A stretch of DNA of 36,913 nt from NCBI GenBank assembly GCA_000934665.2, contig KZ539000.1:1-36913 (forward strand). The letters run 5' to 3'. The notes beneath the pieces are model-generated. The model worked only from the letters and a program-made list of their open reading frames with translations, had not been told where the DNA came from and did no database searches. This DNA comes from Catajapyx aquilonaris (taxonomy: Eukaryota). A program made the position numbers and the translations under genes. This document shows positions 1 to 11,621 of the stretch, piece by piece (the first letter of the stretch is position 1; each line of letters opens with the position of its first letter).

Positions 1-78
1 GGCATATCGATGGAGTCAAATCATCCTTACTGTACAGTCCACCGAGACTAAAGCCTGAATGCCTCCAATTAATTCCAG

Positions 79-552
79 CTGCGTCAGACGGTGTTCAACT
101 TTGCCCAGAAGGAGCTGGCACCCAAGGCGGACGAGATCGACCGGTTTAACGAGTTCAAGGAGCTCCGCCAGTTCTGGCGGAAGCTGGGGGAGATGGGCTT
201 CCTTGGGATGACTGTGGAGCCGGAGTACGGCGGGTCCGGGATGGGGTACCTGGACCACGTCCTGGTGATGGAGGAGCTGTCCAGGGCGTCCGCCGCAATC
301 GCGCTCAGCTACGGGGCTCACTCCAACCTGTGCGTCAATCAGCTCAGGAGGAACGGGTCGGAGGAGCAGAAGAGGAGGTACCTGCCCAAACTGTGCTCTG
401 GCGAGTACATCGGTGCCCTGGCCATGTCCGAGGCTGGATCTGGATCGGACGTGGTGTCCATGAGGCTGGCCGCTGAGAGGAAGGGAGACTACTACGTGCT
501 CAACGGGACCAAGTTCTGGATCACAAATGCGCCGGACGCGGACGTGCTTGTG
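79..552 (+). CDS. IVD: Isovaleryl-CoA dehydrogenase, first coding exon visible in window (gene 5'-partial)
   Basis: Acceptor ttccag ends at 78. Encodes [22 protein letters not shown]...[14 protein letters not shown]...[17 protein letters not shown]...[17 protein letters not shown], closely matching animal IVD. Donor GTTCGT at 553, phase 0. Confidence 0.95.
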
Positions 553-613
553 GTTCGTGACTTCGTTGGGCTTTTCTTTATGAGCCATGACCCGTATGCT
601 GGTTTCTTTTCAG

Positions 614-773
614 GTGTATGCAAAGACTGATCCAAGCCAGGCAGGTAAAGGGGTGTCCGCCTTCCTAGTGGAGAAAGGGATGGAAGGGTTCAGCACCGCG
701 CAGAAGCTGGACAAGCTGGGAATGCGAGGCTCCAACACGGGAGAGCTCATCTTTGAAAACTGCAAGGTTCCAG
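614..773 (+). CDS. IVD: IVD internal exon
   Basis: Acceptor ttttcag ends at 613. Encodes [53 protein letters not shown]. Donor GTGATT at 774. Confidence 0.95.
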
Positions 774-864
774 GTGATTCAATCCATTTGTGTCATCAAA
801 CGCAACTAACAGACGGCAATGTGTACTCGGTATTTGCTTGACAAAGCGCATTTTCACATTTCAG

Positions 865-958
865 CAAGCCACATTCTGGGCCAGGTGAACAAAGGCGTGT
901 ACGTACTTATGAGCGGACTGGACCTGGAGCGTCTCGTGCTGTCTGGTGGTCCACTTGG
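865..958 (+). CDS. IVD: IVD internal exon carrying the catalytic Glu motif
   Basis: Acceptor atttcag ends at 864. Encodes (A)[30 protein letters not shown](G); GLDLERL holds the IVD-type catalytic glutamate. Donor GTAAG at 959. Missed by the ORF track. Confidence 0.95.
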
Positions 959-1092
959 GTAAGACTCTCTTAACAAAACTAATTACCATACTTGACAGCA
1001 TATACCCCCATTTCAGCAGAAATGTTCAGGAGAATTTAGTGTATTCGCATATAAGACCAATTTTTGGCGGAAAAAGTGCGTCAAGTACGGTA

Positions 1093-1249
1093 CAGTGTTG
1101 GTCATATATCGAGGCAACTGCCAACGACATTTTCCGAAGCGGCAGAAGAAGGAATCTTGCTCGCCCGGCTTGAAGTATCCTTATCTTCGATTCCTTCTGC
1201 CGCTTCGGAAAATGTCGCTGGCAGTTGCCTCGATATGTGACCAACACTG
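1093..1249. mobile_element. MITE, Tc1/mariner-like, in IVD intron
   Basis: TA|CAGTGTTGGTCATATATCGAGGCAACTGCC...GGCAGTTGCCTCGATATGTGACCAACACTG|TA: about 60-bp near-perfect terminal inverted repeats, TA on both flanks, short spacer. Confidence 0.85.
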
Positions 1250-1295
1250 TACTTCTGCTCCAGTTTTAAAACTAATCCGTAATCCTTCCTGACAG

Positions 1296-1555
1296 CCTGA
1301 TGCAAGCCTGCTGTGACACGGCATTCCAGTACGTGCACCAGCGCAAGCAATTCGAGCAGCGGATCGGAGAGTTCCAGCTGATGCAGGGAAAGATAGCGGA
1401 CATGTACACCACCCTGAGCGCCTGCAGGTCGTACCTGTACAGCGTGGCCAAGGCGTGTGATAAGGACCACTTCAACCGTAAGGACTGCGCTGGCGTCATC
1501 CTCTACTGCGCCGAGAACGCAACGCAGGTTGCATTGCAGGCCATCCAGTGCTTGG
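1296..1555 (+). CDS. IVD: IVD internal exon
   Basis: Acceptor gacag ends at 1295. Encodes [37 protein letters not shown]...[24 protein letters not shown]. Donor GTAAG at 1556. Confidence 0.95.
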
Positions 1556-1623
1556 GTAAGTCCTTGTGGATCTACTGTGCACTTGGGATACGTAGAATGA
1601 TCATGCTATTAATTAAATTCCAG

Positions 1624-1757
1624 GTGGAAACGGCTACATCAACGACTACCCGACGGGACGCTACCTCAGGGACGCCAAGCTGTATGAGATAGGCGCAGGA
1701 ACCAGCGAGATACGCAGGCTCGTCATAGGCCGATACATAAATTCCGAATACTCCTAA
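1624..1757 (+). CDS. IVD: IVD last coding exon
   Basis: Acceptor ttccag ends at 1623. Encodes (G)[46 protein letters not shown] at 1755-1757. The five exons total 1122 nt in frame. Confidence 0.95.
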
Positions 1758-1853
1758 GTGCCATAAATATTTTTTCTCCTGACGGATCATGACACGACGA
1801 CAATATTTTTTCTAGCCGCATTTACAAACTGCTATATATTTGAAACACTGAAG

Positions 1854-1859
1854 AATAAA
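1854..1859 (+). promoter_or_regulatory. Probable IVD polyadenylation signal
   Basis: AATAAA about 100 nt after the stop, followed by T/GT-rich sequence. Confidence 0.6.
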
Positions 1860-2049
1860 TAGTATTTTTGTCAGTACGTGACCATTTCTTCTGCCTACTT
1901 ACCAGACGTTATTAACTAGGATCTGACTTTCATTTTCCGCAAGTTGCAATGCGGAAAACTGCAATGTGGTTTCAGCATAAAACGTGTGCGTATCTGGTGA
2001 TAATTAACAACACTGTTTGTGAAGAATGGGGACATGCAGAAAGCAAATC

Positions 2050-2055
2050 TTTATT
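2050..2055 (-). promoter_or_regulatory. Probable distal polyadenylation signal of the Zasp66-like gene
   Basis: TTTATT on + (AATAAA on -), about 840 nt past the stop and just short of the convergent IVD 3' end. Confidence 0.45.
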
Positions 2056-2892
2056 CACACTGCTTCTCATTACATGGTGCGTGTGTATAATTAATATTTG
2101 TTTTACTTAAACAATGTACAACAAACTAACAATCCCTTGTTACTTTGCCCTGGTCCATGAGCGGACCAGATTGCATAACTGCAGGGAAAGAGCGTGTAAA
2201 GTTTACGCACATAACGTAGCGTTTTGGGGTAAAAGTGAACTTGAGAAGCAAAAACATTCTGCATTTCTTCCTCCTTCATTCTCCCCTCCCAATTAACTAT
2301 AAATGATTTCCTACTGTTTTCATTTACTTTTTTTTTTAAACCCTCGCATCCAAGGAGCAGTGTTTTACATACAACGGCGCCTAAAAGTGTGTGAAAAACT
2401 ACTTGCGACTGATCCGCTACAACTGCATTCTCTGCGAATTAAAGACCGGCGATGAAATTTACCTGACTAGACTCTACACTCGTAATGTTCAGCTCCAATC
2501 GTTCCAATTGGACTAAAAATGTACATGTCATCACAAAAGAAACAAATATCTTGTACACGGCAGGGAGTACAAATCGCGCAGAATGTTTTTTTGCCTGCAA
2601 CTGTTGTACTCCCCGCTCCTAACACTTTATTTATTTTTTTCACTTTTTTTTTTCCTTTTTATAAGTGTATTGCTGCCCATTATTATGTGCAAGCAAAAGC
2701 TTCATAGTTTCATGTAGTTATAGCATGCTAAGCAAAAAAAAGGTTTCCGTTTAATCGACTTGCAGCTATCATTTTGTTGAAGGCTATTATCCTTTGTGGC
2801 CACTGTACTTTTTTTTTCTCTCTTTCATTTCCATGTCAGTCAGACCTTCATTCTCTCTTTCTGCATGTGTTTTTTTTTTAAAGGCGTGTATT

Positions 2893-2985
2893 TTAAAAGT
2901 CGCACTCTCCCATGACGTCTGCCATTACTCTCCGGAAACTGTAGCTCTGCTGGATTTTCTCGTGCGGTGCACCAAGTTGATTTAG
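2893..2985 (-). CDS. Zasp66: Zasp66-like last coding exon
   Basis: Minus-strand acceptor atttcag. Encodes LNQLGAPHEKIQQSYSFRRVMADVMGECDF*, resembling the Zasp66-type C-terminus (IxQSxSFxRxMxxVxG). Phase 0 joins the preceding exon. Missed by the ORF track. Confidence 0.85.
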   Translation of the reverse strand, partial: LNQLGAPHEKIQQSYSFRRVMADVMGECDF

Positions 2986-4817
2986 CTGAAATTTGGGGAA
3001 AAAAAGGAAGCGGTCAGATCCACTTTGCCTGGTCGCACATGAAATATTTTTTTTTACATTAGTAGCGAACTTTAAAAAAATGGCAACAAAGCAAGTGTGA
3101 ATAGAGAGGAAACTGAAATGTTGCCTATTTCAAATGAAATAATTGCAGAAAAAAAAGTAAAAGGAGAAGGATTAGTTAGAAGTGTTCATAACTTACATAA
3201 TGCTTTCCCACATCTTCCGGCTAGAAGAGCAAATGAAAAAAAAAAAATCATGAAAGTGAAAGGCAAAAAAAAATAACCAGGCTCAAGTGTTATTAGTCCG
3301 CAAACAAAACTAATAGAAAAAAAAGAAGTAGCCTACTCTACGCATTTAGATTAAGTGCATTCGACTCTCATGTGTCACATATTCTTTATTTCTAACACAC
3401 GTCAAACATCCCAATACAGTCACAAATATCTGAAACAGACTCCAATTAGTTAAAAGTCTATAACGGTTTAATCCACACACTTTCAACTCCATTTTTTTTT
3501 AAATCAGTTACCAATACAGTTGCAACAGTTTCATCAACACTCAATCTACGTAACATTGACTACAAATGCGGCCTTGAATAATGGTTTGCATGCGAGGCAC
3601 TCTTTCGGTTTGTGATACGTCCAAGCAGACTTGTGTAACAATTTACCAAATGATGCCAGTTACATTAAGACAAATTCTGAGAAAATCTCTGCGGATGTAG
3701 CCGGGCAATTTGCACTACCTCGTGTCCATACAAGCCACCATACATTACTCAACCGCACACGAACCGAGGGGGGTCGGAATCACAAGTCATCACCAAGATC
3801 AAACGCAAGAAGAAGAGCCGAATAAAAACGCAGGATCAGAAATGTATGCGCAAAAAAAATAAAATGCAAGGGGTCAGCAGAAGCGATATGCGAAATAAAA
3901 ATTCAAAACGCACTGCACATGTGATGCCTTTGATCGCAGGTTTTGAACTTGTGATTTACATTCCAAAGGATGTGGCTCAGACTCCCCCTTTCCTTATTTG
4001 ATTTTTATAGAACTCAGGGTTAGAATATTGCTTATTATTCAGTGTCAGTCCTGAGGTCTCCTGTCAGGTTTACTTATTTCTTTTTTTGTGGGGGGGGGGG
4101 GGAGNNNNNNNNNNNNGGGGGGGGGGGAGCGGGGAGGGCTTCGGTGATGCTTTTTTAAAGGTATATTTCATATCTGATTTCCCCGCATGTTGACGGGACG
4201 GCAGAAATAATCCTTGCATTTTGGTGCCATCAGTTTAAATGTGGTAGGTTAATTAAATCTGGGCTTGCAACAGGCAAATGAAACGAATTGACTTTCCAGT
4301 TTTGCAGCTTGTCGTTACATAATTATGCAAGGCCAAGGTTTTATTAGGCATTTTCAATATGAGCTATTTGATCAGCGATGAGTGATGAAACAAATTGTTT
4401 GGGGCGAAAGTAACAATTGCGTTTGGGACGCACACAGATGGTTTCATCGTTCATCGCTGATAATTGCTGCTCATTGCTGATCTACTTGCTCATATGTAAA
4501 CGTGGCCTTATTACAAAGCAATGGATATGCTTGCTCTACGCATGCATTTTTCTCATCATAACGGGCTCACATTTGCCCATTCAGCAAAATTGTTCTGGCT
4601 CGAGATACCATTTGCTGCAAGATAACTCATTACTTGTTGCGCAGAAGCTTAGTACCTGGCAGGTGCAATGACAACTTTCAAGACATGCGTAAGCTTGAGT
4701 TGCTTCGTCTCATTTGAACTGATGGCAGGGGAAAAAAAGCAATGCCATTTTGCCAGTCCCTGCATTGCAACCTTCAATGCAACGTGAATCTCACTAGATT
4801 AGTGAGGGGTATGACAC

Positions 4818-4974
4818 CTGGAGTACCTTTGGCACCGGGGTCCTGGGCCTGTATGTCTGTGGCTCGATTGCGCTCTGCTCCCGCATCTGAGACACGTCGT
4901 CCTCGTGCACCGCCCGGAAGGTCTCCGACTTCATGGGGTCGTAGTTGACGGTAGGCGTCGGCTTCCTCTTCTCT
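4818..4974 (-). CDS. Zasp66: Zasp66-like exon
   Basis: Acceptor ccacag, phase 2. Encodes EKRKPTPTVNYDPMKSETFRAVHEDDVSQMREQSAIEPQTYRPRTPVPKVLQ, with the Zasp-type YDPxxSETxRAxxE block. Donor GTGTCA. Confidence 0.85.
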
Positions 4975-5628
4975 CTGTGGATGATGGAGGGGGCCGCAAC
5001 GCAAGGGGAGCGGAGAAGGAAGGAGGCAGGTACGGCAGCATTTTCAAAGTTGCCAAAATGGAGCAGGGGAAGGTGCGGATGAGGGTTGTTGTGGTTGGCG
5101 GGACAGGTCATGTTTTTTTTGCAGGAAGGTGAGGTCAATGAAGATGCTACATCAGCGGTGCAGATGGGAAAGAGTCAACTGAGCTTACATGCTAAGCTAA
5201 GTGTGGGCCCTGCGCTAAACTGTACTGTACAACAAGTGGATGCAAATTGCAAGTGTCTTCACTGCAATGACAGAAATGTCGGCACAGGAAGAACAGGAGA
5301 ACATTGACCCATTGCGCTGTCTTTTCCTGCCCAAAGGCCTGTGATGCATTACACCGGAGAAGAAATAACAATACTCTTCTGAGAACTAGGCGGAGGAGGA
5401 GAGGGGGGAAAAAAGGTCCATTTGTCTCTCCACGGTGACAAGTCCTGCCCCTTTGGAAGACTGAGATTCTGCACTTTTTGTCAGGCACACCTTGACAGGG
5501 ACTTGCACAAACAAGAGTAGTTCAAAAAACAGTTGCGCCTGCTAGTTATACTGTGACAAGTACTACGGTGAGGTTGCATACATTGCAGGATGAAAATCTG
5601 CAGAAATATTGTTATAGTGAAAAAAATA

Positions 5629-5638
5629 TATATATATA

Positions 5639-5669
<31 letters not shown>

Positions 5670-5789
5670 TGTTGTCGTTATTATTATTATTAATAATATT
5701 GTACTTGTGTTCTACTGCATCATTGTGTTCCGAATTTTGTATTGGGGAAGCTCTCTCCGCCCTAAGGGGTAACCCCCATGGCGTAATAA

Positions 5790-5836
<47 letters not shown>
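5629..5836 (+). mobile_element. 5'-truncated non-LTR retroelement (LINE/SINE 3' end) with (ATT)n tail
   Basis: Perfect 14-bp direct repeat TAGTGAAAAAAATA at 5615-5628 and 5837-5850. The insert ends in AATAAA followed by (TTA)n. Confidence 0.7.
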
Positions 5837-5838
<2 letters not shown>

Positions 5839-6722
5839 GTGAAAAAAATACTTGCAAATTTTGTTGGAATTATGTGCTGTGAAGACACTTGCTATTTGCA
5901 GTACTGGTTACTACCAGCATGACTAATACACTAAAATAATTGTAATTATTGCTGCAATGTTCATGAGGTTAACAGTGGCCAAGGAATTTGTGGTTGTGCC
6001 AGCGTATATCGACAAACAGAGACTCACATAAACGGAACATGCGGATGAACAAAACCTACACTAACCTAACCCTAATTTTTGCTACAATTATTTTTTTATG
6101 GGATTAAATTCTACTCCAAACATTATCTACATAGTTAATTTGGATTAACAGTTATGTCCTTACCACACACCCATGCTGTTCCGGTTAATATCTTCCAACA
6201 AGCAGGCTCTGGCATGCGTTCCCTCACAACTTCCAGGGGTTTATGATGCGTTATGGGTTTTAATCCCGGTCAGATAAGTGCACATTAACACGGTACAATT
6301 ACAGGCAAACATATAAACACAGCACAACAAGTCGCTGACAAAATCATTATTCCTGCTTTCAACTGAAGCAAATCCAGCATCCTGATCCTATTTGATACCA
6401 AAATTTTGCTTGCATTCAATTTATAGTTTAAAAATGCAACGGTTTCAAAAAAAAGAGCAAGATGCCAAAATCGCCTGTAGCAAAATTTAATAATGTAACA
6501 AAAAAAAACGAAGCATGTTTAAAGGTGCTTGAACCGAGAGAGAGAGAGAGATTTTTCCAGCGTCAATTCTTCAGGAAAAAAGTACCTCCCACAAAAGAAA
6601 GCTGTTTGTCGTGTCCATTCACAACCTTCTCCTCCCCATTTGCATTCATGGATTCACAATGGAACCACGTAGAAAAAGAACTGCATATATAGAAAAAGAG
6701 AGGGGGTTAGGGATGTACTTAC

Positions 6723-6814
6723 GGGGTGAGGAGGCCAGATTTGTCCCGGATGACATCCTCTATGTTGCCCTGGGAATACAAGGCGATGGGGGTGTTGAAC
6801 TGCTTGTGGACCAT
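6723..6814 (-). CDS. Zasp66: Zasp66-like exon encoding the ZM (Zasp) motif
   Basis: Acceptor taacag. Encodes MVHKQFNTPIALYSQGNIEDVIRDKSGLLT(P), matching the ZM motif VHxQxNxPxxLYS. Donor GTAAGT, phase 2. Confidence 0.92.
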
Positions 6815-7102
6815 CTGTTATTTTTTGGGGACAGAAAAAATGAGTGTCAGAAGTTCTGGACACAAAAGTATTAACAATTTGAATAATTTCTACCTGATAA
6901 GGTCTTACTGTTTCCAGGTAACCGATTGTAAGTAAATAACATGGTGCAAATTAACAACAATTTTTCTACTCTTTTTCTACTAGCTAAATACGCTAGATCA
7001 ATAATTAATGGTTAGGAAGTTTAAGCCTTCCTGTACAAAAGTATATGAAAATAATTTTTACATTCATGGTGTATAATTATTTTGTCAGCATACCTTATAG
7101 AC

Positions 7103-7581
7103 TATTGTAAACCTGGGATGAATATATTATTCACTTGTCAACTTAAAACTGGGACATGTGAATAATATTTTTTATTTATTAATTTTAATGCATAAATACA
7201 TGATTTGAGTACATTTTAAAATTATTCACATGAGTGAATTTAGATATGCACTTAATGCATATATTTATGCATTAAAATTAATAAAGGAAAACATTATTCA
7301 CCTGTCCGAATATGTGAATATAAAATATGCACTCAATGCATACACTTATGGATTAAAATTAATCAAGAAAATATTATTCACCTTCTCCCAATGCCAATAT
7401 AAAAATGCGCTCTAATACAAATATTTATGCATTAAACTTAATAAAGGGAAATATTCACATACCTCCAATATGTGACTTTAAAAATACACTAAATGCATAT
7501 TTTTATGCATTTAAACAAATAAAATTATTCACCTGCCAATTTTAAATTGGCAAATTAATAAACACTCCAGGTTTTTCAGCG
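7103..7581. mobile_element. Degenerate inverted-repeat element with internal ~80-bp AT-rich tandem units
   Basis: Left end ..TGTAAACCTGGGA pairs imperfectly with right end CTCCAGGTTTTTCAGCG|TA. About 4 diverged units (ATTATTCAC...ATGCA...TTTATGCATTAAA) lie at 7220-7533, with an inverted partial copy near 7150-7200. Confidence 0.55.
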
Positions 7582-8058
7582 TATGGTGCATCATATTTGG
7601 CTTTAAAAACATTTAAATCAAACTGGACTGTGGGAGTCACCAAAACCACAATTTCTGACTTCTCATAGCCAATCGCATAACACTAATCCGCGGATTAGCG
7701 AGGGTCGGATGAAACCATCCCCCCCCCCATCCCACACAAACTGATTTACATCCGCATCACATCAAATCAATTCCCACGTAAATCGCCCTGGCCCTCTATA
7801 CCAATCCCTGAGCATTTGCCTTTCAAAATAAGCCCCTCTCATGTGGAGGGTGGGAGCCTCCCAACCACCATCCCCAAAATGACTCAGAAGCATGTCAGCA
7901 CTCGTTTGGAACACCTGACCGAAGAGCTGTGAGGCAATCCAATCCAAAATACACGCTCCTCTGGACATTTTTTTGGGGACACTCCAAAATTCCCCCCCCC
8001 CCCNCCCCCACAAAGGACGACCTTCCCCCCCACTTCAAATCCTCAAAAATGTTCTTAC

Positions 8059-8109
8059 CTGCTTTGCATCTTCCGGACTCGTGACTCTCTGCAGCACAGA
8101 TTCAGCCAC
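8059..8109 (-). CDS. Zasp66: Zasp66-like exon (51 nt)
   Basis: gtgcag|GTGGCTGAA...AAGCAG|gtaag. Encodes VAESVLQRVTSPEDAKQ, phase 0/0, continuing MKQR-VA as in Zasp66. Confidence 0.85.
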
Positions 8110-8452
8110 CTGCACAGACACACACACAAAAAAAAGGATAACATGAGAACCCAATTGAGTCACGCCTCGTAGGGTCCCCCAAGATTTTGATTTGCATTGC
8201 TGATTTTATTATTCCCTCTACACAGTCGGGCTCTCCCTGATTGGATGGAGCCTCTTCCCTCCCAGCCTCCCGCAGGAAGAAAACCGTCCACTTTACTTCC
8301 CACCTGATCCCTAATCCCTGCAGATTAGGTCTGATCAGGGAAGTATTGTCTTCCGTCTCCTTTTTGTCTATATGAACAGTACAAATTGGAGAATAATACC
8401 CGAAGCATAGAAGTCAGCACGATCTTTACAGTACTGGGGTTAAAGTCAATTT

Positions 8453-8554
8453 AATCAAGATGTACAGTGCAGAGTCAACCAAGATGTACAGTGCAGAGTC
8501 AACCAAGATGTATACAGTGCAGAGACAATCAAGATGTAGAGTGCAGAGTCAATC
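8453..8554 (+). repeat. 24-bp minisatellite, about 4 copies
   Basis: Unit AAGATGTACAGTGCAGAGTCAACC with small variants. Confidence 0.9.
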
Positions 8555-9102
8555 GACTTCCACAATGTACATATAGGAAATTCAAGAGGGTTGATTAACA
8601 GTAACATTAACTTTATCCCCAGGAGGAATCTGAAGTATGTGCTGAAATACTCATTACTTCAAAAGTATTACCGTTACTGAATTAGTCATATGCCATGCAG
8701 CTCATCCTATTTCCCCCTGCAAATTCAGTTACAGTACTAATGCTACAATTGGCCCCAAAGCTGTACATTTGTTCAAACCAATCAAGCCAACTTTTCAGCT
8801 ATACCTATATGCTGACTTTGGTTTTTAAAATAGAGCTGCTAATCTAGCCACTTCTTGGAAGGATATATAACTCAGCATAAGCCACCAGATGGCCCGAACT
8901 ATTTATATATGCACACCTATAATGAATATATAAGTCAACAGATGCATGCAATGGACGTGTAAAGCGCAACTGCACAAGGTACACAAGGCAACAACAACAT
9001 GCGCTTCATCTATATAAATGTGTCATCCAATCTGCCAGTGAGCATCTAAGAAAGATGCACTATTGCTGGAACATCCGCTGTTTTTTTAATTATTATTTTT
9101 AC

Positions 9103-9162
9103 CTGAGCCCTGGTCACTGGCGGATTCCATCCCTGAGGATGCACGTAACTCTGCTGATAACC
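9103..9162 (-). CDS. Candidate alternative cassette exon of the Zasp66-like gene (60 nt)
   Basis: ccttttag|GGTTATCAG...GCTCAG|gtaaaa. Phase 0/0, no stop, encodes GYQQSYVHPQGWNPPVTRAQ, and sits between two phase-0 junctions. Confidence 0.55.
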
Positions 9163-9421
9163 CTAAAAGGTCAAGCAACATGTGGGGGACAATTTGTACA
9201 ACAGAAAATACTTGGGACGAAAATGGAGACAGTTGAGACATTTATACAAGTTTGAGCACTCTCAGTAGTCTGGAAATGGGTATGCAGCCTGGACATACAA
9301 ACATATACCAACTTTACTGCAAATACTAGTGAATCTGTTGCCAAAATTTGGAAAACCATGTGATCAGTAGTATGACAGTGACAATCAAACAACTTTCATG
9401 AAATGGCCCGTCAATTTACCC

Positions 9422-9573
9422 CGTAGTAGGATTATTCACGCATAGATGGCGCATACTCCCTCTGCACACTCCTGCCACCTGTGTGAGAGTTAACGATACT
9501 ATCAGGTCGGACAAACATCCGACGGAGAGAATAAGCATATAATTAACGCACAAGGCTCAACTGTCCCCACAAT
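9422..9573 (+). repeat. Dispersed repeat, copy 1
   Basis: CGTAGTAG.ATT.TTCACGCATAGATGGCGCA...CTCCTGCCACCTGTGTG...CGATACTATCAG...ATCCGAC...CCACAATT is shared with 20556-20680. Confidence 0.8.
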
Positions 9574-9717
9574 TTAAGGTATGGCAACACTTAAGGTGTG
9601 ACAGTAAAATTCCGCAAGCCCTGTCAGAAAGGCTCGGAATTTATGAGTACAACGGACAATGAAGCCAATGTTTTTAACAAGAGGACAAGGTTGACACACA
9701 GAGTGAGACACACTTAC

Positions 9718-9858
9718 CCTTTGCTTCATGAGAACTTCGTTGGGGACATATCCACCGTGATAGGTGTTATAGAAAGGGTTCTGGCGAAGATACGAAGAGT
9801 TCGGGACGTCTCTCTTCACCTTGGCGCCGGGAAACACCAAAGGCGTCGTTCGATAAGG
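9718..9858 (-). CDS. Zasp66: Zasp66-like exon
   Basis: Poly-T acceptor ttgcag. Encodes PYRTTPLVFPGAKVKRDVPNSSYLRQNPFYNTYHGGYVPNEVLMKQR; (Q)PYRTTPLVxPGAKVK is a Zasp66 hallmark. Donor GTAAGT. Confidence 0.92.
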
Positions 9859-11621
9859 CTGCAAAAAAAAAAAAAATGCATGGCATAAAACTTCTTGTAG
9901 AGTTTAGGCGTAGGAGCAAAGCAGTATAGCTCGAAGCGAGGGGGGAAAAAAACTTTCGGATTGGATGCTGGGCGCTGATTGGTTAGCGATCAACACGGAA
10001 AATTCCACCGAGTAATCCGATTTGAATATTATGAGCAGAGGCAGAAGCTTTGCGAACTTTTTTTTTTTTTTGCGTCTGCAAATCATACATATCGGTTACA
10101 TGAAAAACATACTTTACAATCAGAGTGGGCCAATCAATAATGATGCACAGTAGCAATTCATTATAATTATTGTATTAATTCAATGTAATGAATGTAATGT
10201 TTAAAATAAATAGCAAAATATCGTAATTTAGGAATAACGCAATATATAAATAAACAAATGACAGTAATACTGTAATATGCTATAACAACAAATATAGTAA
10301 CTAGTAAGCTAATAAACTAAAATTAATGCAACAAATAAAACTATTATTAGCACTTTAAACAAGAAAAAAATTGTAATTATAATAAATGGAGGGTGTAGCC
10401 GGCAAATTCTGCAGCTGATATTGCCATGCAGAGATTTTCCATTAATTTTATCAATGTAATTTTGATCTCCAAAAAATGTGACATTTCCATAAACACAGTA
10501 GGACCCTCCAGGGCATATCCTTCATAAAATAAATTGTCTACCTCGAAGCGATCAGACTAAAATTCACATCCCATCAACCCCACTGCTTTGTCACTCCCCT
10601 TCCAAAAAATCGCAAAATTTAATTCTGGTAACTAACAAAACTAGACTGGGGGGACGAAGTTGCATTCCATTGTGAGCCTAGCATGTGCTGGTGACAAGTG
10701 CCAACTTTCCGGGGTGTGTTTTGGCACAGAAGCCTGCGCAGCAAACGAGCTAATTGTTCTGACGCACAGGCCGCTTTGTTACCTTTGGCCTCCAACAAAA
10801 AAGCAGACGTTGTTTTTGCGTAACATATTTTAAAAATGGCAACAATTGGCCTATCAATACGTCAGACAGGAATAAATGCGTTTCATCTCTACCGAACAGG
10901 GGGTAAAAAAAAATAAAATCTGAAGACGACTTGTCGCTCTCTAAAGGATTGATATTCGTCTAGGTCCCTTTCGATTAGGATTCCTCCACGTCGCATCCCC
11001 GTCCCATTGAAAACCCTTCCCTCGAATCTATTTCGTCCTCTGACCTCATTTCCCACAAGACGGTGAGGATGGCACGGACTTTGCATTTCCCAAGCTCTAG
11101 GAATGGAAAATCGTGCACGTCCATCAGGAGACAAGAAAGTGCATTTGGGAGTCTGAGAGACCACGCCCTTTTCTTTTCTGAGGGCATCTCACCCTCAAAC
11201 CAACCTAACCCTTCCTTGTACATCAGACCACTACACACAAGATAAGATGCTGGATTAGTATCCAGGAGACTAGGACCAGGGGTTTAAAGTTTGGGGGAAC
11301 TACTAGCTTTGGGAGGAAAACGATCTCAAGTTTGGGGGGAACGCAAGGGCGAAACAAGGGTGTCTATTGTTCACCCTTTGGTGGAGTCCAAAATAGTTGC
11401 TGGACTCCAAATAGGCGAAGATTCAAGGTTGCCTGCCAACAACTGTTGCTATTACATGTTTAAATCGTCTCAAACTGCAGGAATAATGCAAATAAATGAA
11501 TATGCCCTTATCAAAACCAGGATATCTTCAGGTCGAACAGGAATTTCAGTTTAGTGTGTAATTTCAAACCTTTCCCAATTAAATTAAATGAAATTAATTA
11601 AAGTTTATAAATTAAAATAAA

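Noticed and set aside
16..588. 190-aa ORF on the - strand
   Set aside because: Antisense shadow of the GC3-rich IVD exon; no independent protein features.
4975..5138. Open frame extending upstream of the Zasp66-like exon 4818-4974
   Set aside because: A phase-compatible acceptor exists at 4975; the extension reads like translated polypyrimidine intron.
5590..5772. Poly-Ile 'membrane protein' ORF
   Set aside because: Translation of an (ATT)n microsatellite.
6164..6208. Possible phase-2 exon ending at a GTAAGG donor (ACLLEDINRNSMGV)
   Set aside because: Acceptor lacks a pyrimidine tract, and splicing to the 4974 exon would create TGA.
8453..8554. CRISPR-like look of the short repeats here and at 12681 and 21845
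   Set aside because: Units are contiguous with no unique spacers, there are no cas genes, and the context is eukaryotic.
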